17,557 bases of DNA from an uncultured archaeon (GTDB lineage: Archaea; Asgardarchaeota; Heimdallarchaeia; Heimdallarchaeales; Kariarchaeaceae): contig CAZYCQ010000062.1 in the NCBI GenBank assembly GCA_964645535.1, positions 1 to 17,557 of the forward strand, read 5' to 3'. The position numbers and the translations under genes are program-made. How positions within the stretch are numbered: the stretch's first letter is position 1; the number at the start of each line of letters is the position of its first letter. Below are positions 7,878 to 15,104 of the stretch, piece after piece. The notes under the pieces were generated by a model that saw only the letters and a program-made list of their open reading frames with translations, did no database searches and was not told the origin of the DNA.

Positions 7878-8479
7878 AATTCATAGTTTTGAGGCGGTCG
7901 ACCGTATCTTCTGACAAAGTTGTTATAAGCTCCGACTTTATTGACGGAATCTATCATGCCTACCAGCCAAAGGATAAGAGGAACAATGATCGTCCAAGAA
8001 AGAACAATGGTGAGAATGAATATCAGTAGTCCCATTCCGACCTTTCCAACATAGATGTGGCCAAAGCCTGGAAGGAAGAAAGAAAGTATGAATGCAACCG
8101 CTCCATTTTTCTCCATTCCTGTATTGTATCCTCCGAACTGTTGAGCAGGAAACTGTCCTTGGGGATATTGTGGTGCAGGGTACTGTCCTCCCTGCTGGGG
8201 TGGGGGATATTGACCTCCTTGTTGAGGTGGGGGATACTGTCCTTGGATATAAGGTGGTGCAGAACCTCCTTGGGGTGTGGCAGGATATTGGTTTGGTGGA
8301 GGGTATTGTCCTCCTTGTTGAGGATACTGACCTTCTGTAGGTGATGGCGTAACAGCGGTTCCTTCGGCTGCTGGCTTCATGGGTGTGCTAATGCTTTCCT
8401 CGAGCTTGGCTCCGCAACTGACGCAGAATCTTCCGTTGTCATCATTTGCGGTTCCACAGGTGTTGCAATATTTTGTCAT
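7874..8479 (-). CDS. Zinc-ribbon + Pro/Gln/Tyr/Gly-rich + TM2-domain membrane protein
   Basis: KYCNTCG-x7-FCVSCG zinc ribbon, then QYPPPQQGG repeats, then [28 protein letters not shown], the TM2-domain signature. Its TAG overlaps the TAG of the convergent gene on CTAG 7874-7877. Confidence 0.9.
   Translation of the reverse strand: MTKYCNTCGTANDDNGRFCVSCGAKLEESISTPMKPAAEGTAVTPSPTEGQYPQQGGQYPPPNQYPATPQGGSAPPYIQGQYPPPQQGGQYPPPQQGGQYPAPQYPQGQFPAQQFGGYNTGMEKNGAVAFILSFFLPGFGHIYVGKVGMGLLIFILTIVLSWTIIVPLILWLVGMIDSVNKVGAYNNFVRRYGRPPQNYEF
8186..8239 (-). repeat. Coding 27-nt tandem repeat (QYPPPQQGG x2, with flanking partial copies)
   Basis: Units CAGTATCCCCCACCTCAACAAGGAGGT and CAATATCCCCCACCCCAGCAGGGAGGA are 22/27 identical, and all differences are synonymous third positions. 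Confidence 0.9.
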
Positions 8480-8648
8480 GAGCTAACTTCAACTTACATC
8501 CTTTTTTTGTTTTCCCACTAAGAAAAAAGAAATGACCAAAATTAAGGTATTTTTCACTTTTTCAAATGGCTGTTTTCTGCTCCCATTCGAAAACACACAC
8601 TCTTAAGGCTTGAAACGGGATTTCTGCACAATTGCGGAAGAAAATTCT

Positions 8649-8662
8649 ATAAGGTTTATAAA
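8649..8662 (+). promoter_or_regulatory. BRE/TATA box of the pilin-like gene
   Basis: ATAAGG-TTTATAAA ends about 24 nt before ATG 8686 and no SD site is present, consistent with a leaderless transcript. Confidence 0.65.
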
Positions 8663-8685
8663 GCTTGTCCGCAATATAGTAAGAT

Positions 8686-10563
8686 ATGAGATTCATCCAG
8701 AGTCGACGCTCCATCTCTCCAATGGTTGCCGTCCTTTTAATGGTTGGGCTTGCCATTGGTGGAGCGGCTACAATTGCAGTTGTTTATACCAACTCCCTAG
8801 ATGATGCTCCATCAGTGGCTTCCTCCGAAACTAAACAAGAATATGCAGGTTCGTCCAATGGTGGTGCATTGACCCCTTCAACACTAACGACAGAGATCGT
8901 TCAGCTCAACCAAAATGCACAAACAGGCACCATCAGTTCGGTCAAGGTATCTGTTACGAACAATGGAAATACTACCATTTATGTTCAGAGTGCTTCAGTG
9001 AGTGCGGGTGCTGGTTCAAGCAATGCAGAATGGCAGATCACTTCTGTTGAAGGTGCTACTCCTGTAGATGCTAATGGTGGATCATATGAACCTGGTGAAG
9101 AATTTGGTGGCTATGCCATCGCTCCGGGTCAGACAGCCACATTCACTGTTAGTGAAACCTCTGGCAATCCTGTCAACCAAATTCCGCAGGATCAGGCAAA
9201 CTTGGTTTCTGTCAATTTGAAGGCAGGCGATCAACCTGGAATAAATAACCTCAGGATTTCAAGTTCTTCTATTGCATTGGAAGATCCAATGGCACCCATT
9301 GAAGTCCGTGCAGCTTTGCTTTACTATGGAGGGAAGACAGAACACAGCCAACGGGCTTGGCAAAACCTATTTCAGAGTAGTTTCTTTGAAGGATCGATGC
9401 GTACAAAGAATATTGACTTCCAATTCGACAAAAATGCAGACTCCTACGATTTCAAGCGAATGGAATTGAATGCAACTGAACTCGCAGAAAACTATGATGT
9501 TGTTGTCATTGCCATGTGGGCAGTCCACAACAACATCGCAGATGTTGTATCCCAGCTTTACAGTCTTGGAGTGCCAATGGTTTTCTACGGTAGTATCCAC
9601 AAATTCCATTCTGAAGACATTAATTTTGATGTCACTGCACAGGTTGTTGGACTTGCACCAATTACTGATGCAGATGGTGATGCAGAAGACCTTAAATTCA
9701 CAACCCAATCAGATCCAATCAATGTTCTTAGTGGAATGGATCTTTCCAACCTTCCAGCACTTGAAGATGATGACCATATAGAGATTGACGAGGATGATCT
9801 TGCAAATGCCACTGATGCAACCCCCATTGTCTATGCGACATCTGAAGATGATGTAACGGTCACCGCTCTTGCTTTCCGCGATGGTTCCGCAAGGGTTGTA
9901 TCTTCCCCTCTTGATCCTCATGACGCGGGTCATGATGCTGAAGCCGTTTTCGAGTTGGCTTTGCCCCGAAACATGCTGATGGCTGCCATTGATGAAGGAC
10001 AGAGATTGACGCAGGAAGGTTCAATTCAATTTGAATCGATTTCCTTTGAAACTTACAGGAGAGATGATCACAAAATAAGACCAACCATAGAGGCTACCGT
10101 ACAGGATGGTGACATCAATCTATTACAGGGTGATATCACATTCGAATTCTCCATGCCCGCAGGAATGGACTTTGATATGAGTGGTCATTCAAAAGCCCGG
10201 ATTCAAATCGAATCTTCTGGAATGTCACGCACTTATGTCTCTACTGAACGAATCGAGAAGGATGGAAATGTTCTGAGATTTTCCCTCGAAATGGATCATC
10301 ATAGGAACCATCGTGGGGATAGAAGTCTCCTTTACCTCTTTGAAGGCGACAACATCACCATTACCTTCCCTGTACGTAGTAGTCACAGTCTTAAATGGAT
10401 GGAAATAGATGAAGATGTCGATCTCTCTGCCCAATTCGATTGGGTTATCAGTGCTGAATGGTATGGTATGGATGGTGCTGTCTACTCTGGAACCCATACT
10501 TTCACAGAATCAGTCATTGAAACTGCCTCCGCTTCACAACCAGTTCTAAGAGATCAGAGTTAA
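8686..10563 (+). CDS. Large archaellin/type IV pilin N-terminal domain protein (class III signal peptide), putative adhesin or minor pilin
   Basis: MRFIQSRRS|ISPMVAVLLMVGLAIGGAATIAVVY matches the archaeal prepilin pattern. It is followed by an Ig-like segment (VSVTNNGNTTIYV...IAPGQTATFTV), an alpha/beta segment resembling a glutamine-amidotransferase-like fold (YDVVVIAMW...LYSLGVPMVFYG) and a beta-rich acidic C-terminal domain. Confidence 0.8.
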   Translation: MRFIQSRRSISPMVAVLLMVGLAIGGAATIAVVYTNSLDDAPSVASSETKQEYAGSSNGGALTPSTLTTEIVQLNQNAQTGTISSVKVSVTNNGNTTIYVQSASVSAGAGSSNAEWQITSVEGATPVDANGGSYEPGEEFGGYAIAPGQTATFTVSETSGNPVNQIPQDQANLVSVNLKAGDQPGINNLRISSSSIALEDPMAPIEVRAALLYYGGKTEHSQRAWQNLFQSSFFEGSMRTKNIDFQFDKNADSYDFKRMELNATELAENYDVVVIAMWAVHNNIADVVSQLYSLGVPMVFYGSIHKFHSEDINFDVTAQVVGLAPITDADGDAEDLKFTTQSDPINVLSGMDLSNLPALEDDDHIEIDEDDLANATDATPIVYATSEDDVTVTALAFRDGSARVVSSPLDPHDAGHDAEAVFELALPRNMLMAAIDEGQRLTQEGSIQFESISFETYRRDDHKIRPTIEATVQDGDINLLQGDITFEFSMPAGMDFDMSGHSKARIQIESSGMSRTYVSTERIEKDGNVLRFSLEMDHHRNHRGDRSLLYLFEGDNITITFPVRSSHSLKWMEIDEDVDLSAQFDWVISAEWYGMDGAVYSGTHTFTESVIETASASQPVLRDQS

Positions 10564-10594
10564 TCATTCACCCGTGTTTCAGCCGTTAACTAAT

Positions 10595-10618
10595 TTCAAA
10601 GGCTTCTTTTTCTTTGAA
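10595..10618. terminator. Inverted repeat with T-rich loop between convergent genes
   Basis: TTCAAAG-gcttcttttt-CTTTGAA in the 57-nt gap between two stop codons. Confidence 0.4.
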
Positions 10619-10620
10619 TA

Positions 10621-12174
10621 TCAATTGCATACAGGATGATCAAAGTAAACCGACACTTTCGATAGCCCAATTTCCCCTCTAATTCCAAACGGGTCGGTTG
10701 TTCGCAGAAGAGGTTTTATTCTAACTCCATCTGACCAAGTTCCAAGATCTGTGTTTTCAAGAATGGGTGAAAGTCCCCCTTTTCCCAAAAGAAATTCTGC
10801 CATGCCTATGAGTCTGCTTAGAAATGCCTGATGGTAAAGAACTCCTTGAATGAGGTCTGTTGGAGTATAGTGGTTTGCAAGTTCTCTTGGAAACCCATGA
10901 AAGTCCGTTTGGACAGTGATGAATGAGACATTTTGGAGAACCCCTTTTCCATCACGGGAACGAATCCGTTCAAAGAGATGTGCTGTCAGGCATCCTGGAA
11001 CCACATTGTCCCTGTCATAGAATACCACATTTGCAACAGTTTCATTGGGGAGTTTAGTCATATTTCCTTTTAGAGTATCAACCCATCCTGCTTCAATATC
11101 CAATGCCAATGAACCATTTGCCCATCCCTGCTCAATTACTTTGGTGGCTATGAAGGGCACCATTCCCCCTCCAAGCGAATGACCCGCTATCATCACTCTG
11201 GTCAAATCAAGATTGTCGGAACCCATGCCTATTTCGCTAGTTTCTTGTAAAATACTTCCAATGACGGTTTCAATCCCCTCCCAGACAATCCGATATCTGT
11301 AAGGGTTTTCCTTTATGATTTTCGGCTTTTCTTTGAGTTCTGGATATTCTTGATCTGCAAGCGCTTCAATTTTTTTGTCAAAGGTTGTTGGATATTGCAC
11401 ATAGATACCAAAGAAACCTCGTGAGGCAATCTGTCTCATTGTCTGGTCATAATATTTTGGATCCGTTCCCCCATGGCCATGAAGGAAAATGAAAATTGGT
11501 ATCTTGACTGGAATTGGATGGGGAACATAAACGAATGTAAACCAATTGTTTCCAGTATTCTCAGGAACTGCGAGTTCCCTGATGGTCTTATTGAAATCAT
11601 TGTCAAGTTGGAATCTTTCCACCTCATATTTTCCAAATTCAGTCTCAGTTAACCCTGGCGATGGTGCTGGAGCAATTCTAGCAACAAGGGATGGTGTAAT
11701 CAAGACCAACATTAAGCTTGTGACAATGATCATTCTTACAATATTCCCCTTGTCTTTACTCTTCCATGCCTCCCATCCCCATATCCCCGTTGGAAACAGC
11801 AACAGACTTCCAAGGACAAATGGGAAATACTGGACTGCCTCCATGAAAAAGTTGATGTTAAGAAGGAAGAATATCGTAACCATTCCAATGGTCAATCCAA
11901 AAAGGAAGTTTGAGGCCTGTAACGCTTGTTGTCGCCATTGTGGTAATTTCAGGAGAACAGACAGGCTCATACTAACTGGAATTAGAAATGTCAGCATCCA
12001 GGCTCCCGATGATTCGTAATTTGGACGAACCCTGACAATCATCTCCGCAATTCGTTGGAAAGCGTACCAAATGGATCCGGTACTTAACCAAAGCCATCCC
12101 AAAAAAGTCATGGGAAGTGCAATTCCGGCAATAAATGCTGATTGTTTCATCTGTCGTTTCTGAACCACACCCAT
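10621..12174 (-). CDS. Membrane-anchored alpha/beta-hydrolase (chlorophyllase/cutinase-like)
   Basis: About 5 N-terminal TM segments, PIFIFLHGHGG (oxyanion region), IASRGF.GIY and the nucleophile elbow AGHSLGGG. Candidate acid residue in YDRDNVV and candidate His in LANHYTP. Alternative start at ATG 12150. Confidence 0.88.
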   Translation of the reverse strand: MGVVQKRQMKQSAFIAGIALPMTFLGWLWLSTGSIWYAFQRIAEMIVRVRPNYESSGAWMLTFLIPVSMSLSVLLKLPQWRQQALQASNFLFGLTIGMVTIFFLLNINFFMEAVQYFPFVLGSLLLFPTGIWGWEAWKSKDKGNIVRMIIVTSLMLVLITPSLVARIAPAPSPGLTETEFGKYEVERFQLDNDFNKTIRELAVPENTGNNWFTFVYVPHPIPVKIPIFIFLHGHGGTDPKYYDQTMRQIASRGFFGIYVQYPTTFDKKIEALADQEYPELKEKPKIIKENPYRYRIVWEGIETVIGSILQETSEIGMGSDNLDLTRVMIAGHSLGGGMVPFIATKVIEQGWANGSLALDIEAGWVDTLKGNMTKLPNETVANVVFYDRDNVVPGCLTAHLFERIRSRDGKGVLQNVSFITVQTDFHGFPRELANHYTPTDLIQGVLYHQAFLSRLIGMAEFLLGKGGLSPILENTDLGTWSDGVRIKPLLRTTDPFGIRGEIGLSKVSVYFDHPVCN

Positions 12175-12207
12175 TAAAGGATTACTTACTAGCTAATCCC
12201 CTTTTGG

Positions 12208-12219
12208 AAAACTTATTTA
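12208..12219 (+). promoter_or_regulatory. BRE/TATA-like element in the 65-nt divergent gap
   Basis: AAAAC-TTATTTA ends about 21 nt upstream of ATG 12240, supporting that start over 12135, which would overlap the hydrolase head-to-head. Confidence 0.45.
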
Positions 12220-12239
12220 CTCATATTCCATCCAAACAC

Positions 12240-13424
12240 ATGGATGCAGATCAAGTGGTTTTCCTAGGATGGACGCTCTCCATTTTCTTCACTGCAATCT
12301 GCATCTTTCAGACAGGGCTCATCATACTGAAACGTGGAATTCCCATAGTGATGAAAACCATCTCCGGATATTTTCTGATCTCGATATGGTCTTTTGCTGC
12401 ACTGACTGTTGCAACATTTATTCCTCCTGAGGAACGAGTTATCCCCATCATCCTTGTTGTAATCCTTTTCATTATTTCCACCCAGCAGATTATCATTGCA
12501 AACTCCTTCATTAAGGGAGATACCGGCTTTATTGTACGATTGATGCTTGCTCTTGGCTTGATCGGTCTAGGGTTACTTTTCGCCCAAGGTATCTACCCAA
12601 CAATATCTTTTGTTTCAATAGTGGAAAGTGAAGGATTTTACTATTCAAAAATTCAATCTGTATTGCTTCTTATCTTGACTGCCCGAGGCCTATTCCTCTT
12701 TTATCTATTTGGATTTGTAATCACGAAAATTTTTACAGATTGGCGAATCCGTTCGAGTCGACCATTCCTCTATGCTGCCGCAAGCTTGGGTATCGTTTCC
12801 TTCACCATCATTTTTGTTCATTTTCTTCTTGTTCCTCTTATCGATAATTTAATGATCAATACCCTTATCTTTGTTTCCGTTCGTTTGCTTGTCATTCTTG
12901 CCATTGTCCTATTGAACATAGGTGTTCTAATGAACACACGATACGTCTTGGCTACACTTCGAGGAATTTCCGAAACTTTCTTCAGCAACATATTGAAATT
13001 TGCCATCTATACCTACGATCTGCATGGACCTCAAGTGCGGTTTTCCCATGGTTTTGAGAATGGGCATTCCGATGAGGACATCGTTTTCATCCGCCTTCTT
13101 ACACTGGGAATGGCTGGTCTTTCAATTCTTGGACGGGGTGATGATCATGTTGAAGGATCTGCAATCATCCCTGTTGTGGATGGGGAGAGCCAAGAAGGTC
13201 TGATTGTGAGCAAGTGGGTTGGAAACGGCGACACCAAAACCTTTCTCTCCATTCTCATTGTAGTCGATCCACAAAGACTGTGGTTGATTCAAGACCGATC
13301 CATTTGGGAATTTGCCTTGAATAACTACCTTGAATCAGCGAAAGATATCTCTGAAGTTGATTTTGAAGAGTTATTCACTTTCATCAAGGAATTGATGGTC
13401 GACATCAGCATAAATCTCGTATAA
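12240..13424 (+). CDS. 7TM membrane protein with a cytoplasmic C-terminal longin/uDENN-like domain (394 aa)
   Basis: Seven hydrophobic segments in the first ~240 aa, with a longer loop between TM4 and TM5 (HisKA-7TM-like layout). A soluble ~145-aa domain follows, beginning LKFAIYTYDLHGPQVRFSHG. The CDS is secure; the domain call is by motif resemblance. Confidence 0.7.
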   Translation: MDADQVVFLGWTLSIFFTAICIFQTGLIILKRGIPIVMKTISGYFLISIWSFAALTVATFIPPEERVIPIILVVILFIISTQQIIIANSFIKGDTGFIVRLMLALGLIGLGLLFAQGIYPTISFVSIVESEGFYYSKIQSVLLLILTARGLFLFYLFGFVITKIFTDWRIRSSRPFLYAAASLGIVSFTIIFVHFLLVPLIDNLMINTLIFVSVRLLVILAIVLLNIGVLMNTRYVLATLRGISETFFSNILKFAIYTYDLHGPQVRFSHGFENGHSDEDIVFIRLLTLGMAGLSILGRGDDHVEGSAIIPVVDGESQEGLIVSKWVGNGDTKTFLSILIVVDPQRLWLIQDRSIWEFALNNYLESAKDISEVDFEELFTFIKELMVDISINLV

Positions 13425-13446
13425 TTTAGCCTAAACGCAAAAAGCA

Positions 13447-14026
13447 ATGCATAGCTTTTCTGCAACCCATTCGAAGCTCTCTTTTGAGATAAGCCCACGA
13501 AATTACATGGAAATCAACGTATGGAGAAAATGTATGGAACAAATTTTGGAGGATATGGTGCTCCTTACTACGCAGATACTTGGATTTATTCATTCACAGA
13601 AAATAATTGGATCAAGAAAGAGTCAACCGTCTCTCCTTCCTATCGTTCAGACGCAAAACTTGAATTCAGTCCTGTCTTGAAAAAGCCCGTGCTTTTCGGT
13701 GGATCTAGCAAGGTTGCAGACGACAAGCTTTGGATTTATTCGGAAAAAGCACTTCTTCATGGATAGACTTGGATTTGCCGACAACTTCTGGACAGCGTTC
13801 CCTTCACGATTTTGCAATCGGTAATTCCACAGGAATTGTCTATGAGGGCAATTTTCTGAAAACAACATTTCAACTTAATGTAACGAAGGTTAACCTTGAG
13901 GATACTTTGTCCGATACCAGCGCCGAAAAAGTTTCTTCTTCAGCAGGTGTTGCCTTATTAACCCTGATTGCGATTTTACCCCTTATCCAACGTAATATTC
14001 CACAAAAGAAAACTCGAATGTCGTAA
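13447..14026 (+). pseudogene. Frameshifted, 5'-degraded Kelch-repeat surface protein remnant
   Basis: Frame 13521..13766 has two Kelch blades (FGG..Y.DTWIY....W......PSYR; VLFGG......LWIY). The expected continuation (STSSWIDL...GQRSLH) is in another frame (13730..14026), switching at the A5 run 13744-13748, and ends in a hydrophobic anchor plus basic tail. There are too few blades for a propeller and no signal peptide. The 5' boundary is uncertain. Confidence 0.72.
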
Positions 14027-14224
14027 ACTGATTTTGCAAAATCAATGCATGGACAATTTCGGTTGCAATAATTTGAACCCAAAAAAATGTCTGTAAAGAA
14101 TCTTTGGCAGAAAGTTGTGTAAAGTTTCACATCCTTGGATTTCTAAAATCCAAAGCATCATCTCCATGTAAATTGAAAATGGATTTTCACCATACAACAA
14201 TCTTTTTCTTGACAGAAACATGCT

Positions 14225-14252
14225 CAATCAGTAAAGGTTTTGATTGCAATCA
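14225..14252 (+). promoter_or_regulatory. Promoter/operator of the second wHTH regulator
   Basis: CAATCA (14225-30), then AAAGG-TTTTGAT (weak BRE/TATA), overlapping a perfect palindrome TGATTGCAATCA (14241-52). Confidence 0.5.
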
Positions 14253-14265
14253 TTCAACCTCCCAT

Positions 14266-15009
14266 GTGAATATTTCCACCGAGGAATTCAGGAACATCGT
14301 GTTGACTGAAACCACTTCACAGATATTCATTACCCTTCTTCTTTATGATACCCTAAACCTCAAGGAACTTGCTGCTTTGACCAACAAACTAGAGACCACG
14401 ACCCTCCATCAGATTCGAAAATTGCTTAAACAGGGAATTATTGAGGTGGATGCTGAAAAAAGTGCGAGAATGCGTGGCAAATTTTATCGGGTGACTGAAC
14501 AAGCCAAAACAGCATTCAAGCAACTAATTCAAACCGGACAGCATCCCATTTCTGAACAGCAGGAACCATCCTTTGATGAAGGTGAAGATATCTATAGATC
14601 TCTGTTCCGAAAAGTCAAGGAGGTTGATATGGAAACCATTTACCGGTCTTCTGAAACAATTGCAAAGATCAGTCAGAGCATTCAAAATATTTCCTTACAG
14701 AACCTTAACCTGCTCATTGATGCAGCCTCCTCTTTTGAAGGTGATGAAGATTCGTTCATTGAATGGTGCAAATCTCGAGGAATTCCTATGGGTGAATTCA
14801 GGATGGCTGCAACCACAATTCCGCTGAAAAGTGCTTCCCAATATCGCAAGTTGGTTAAAGAACTTATGGCCTTCCAAGAACGCATACTTGCGATGAAAAA
14901 GGATTTCATGGAAGAAGAGGGCAATGGGAATTTTCCACAATTTGATCAATTTGTCTACCTGTTCAGCTCATCCATCAACAAACCTCTGTTCGAAGAAGAT
15001 TTCGATTGA
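14266..15009 (+). CDS. Winged-HTH (ArsR/TrmB-like) transcriptional regulator
   Basis: QIFITLLLYDTLNLKELAALTNKLETTTLHQIRKLLKQGIIEV...RGKFYRVT is a wHTH with wing. The start is reassigned from TTG 14104 to GTG 14266 because the upstream translation looks non-coding and a promoter-like element precedes the GTG. Confidence 0.8.
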   Translation: MNISTEEFRNIVLTETTSQIFITLLLYDTLNLKELAALTNKLETTTLHQIRKLLKQGIIEVDAEKSARMRGKFYRVTEQAKTAFKQLIQTGQHPISEQQEPSFDEGEDIYRSLFRKVKEVDMETIYRSSETIAKISQSIQNISLQNLNLLIDAASSFEGDEDSFIEWCKSRGIPMGEFRMAATTIPLKSASQYRKLVKELMAFQERILAMKKDFMEEEGNGNFPQFDQFVYLFSSSINKPLFEEDFD

Positions 15010-15025
15010 ATCACATGGTTGCATA

Positions 15026-15100
15026 TTTCACCTTTTGGTAGGTGAAAGTTTATTTGGAATCAATATTGAATTAATTCAATTATTGAACTTTTGTTGGTGA
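15026..15100 (+). promoter_or_regulatory. MFS gene promoter with hairpin, TATA, nested palindromic operator and SD site
   Basis: TTTCACCT-6-AGGTGAAA (15026-47), TTTATTT (15049-55), TCAATATTGA (15060-69), perfect 16-bp ATTGAATTAATTCAAT (15065-80), TTCAAT-T-ATTGAA (15075-87), and SD GGTGA (15096-100). Confidence 0.75.
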
Positions 15101-15104
15101 CTGC

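Noticed and set aside
7449-8330. Repeats as a CRISPR array, a mobile-element inverted repeat, or PPxY/PTAP late-domain motifs
   Set aside because: The repeats are in-frame, lack spacers and vary at synonymous sites. The inverted similarity only reflects similar peptides on opposite strands. No exact PPxY or P(T/S)AP motif was found.
12135-12239. Longer N-terminus for the 7TM gene (likewise 14104-14265 and 6310-6384 for their genes)
   Set aside because: The extensions overlap a divergent gene or promoter elements and look non-coding. Downstream starts have better TATA or SD support.
13521-14026. Kelch remnant as an actin-binding partner
   Set aside because: It is disrupted, and its C-terminal anchor with basic tail implies an extracellular propeller.
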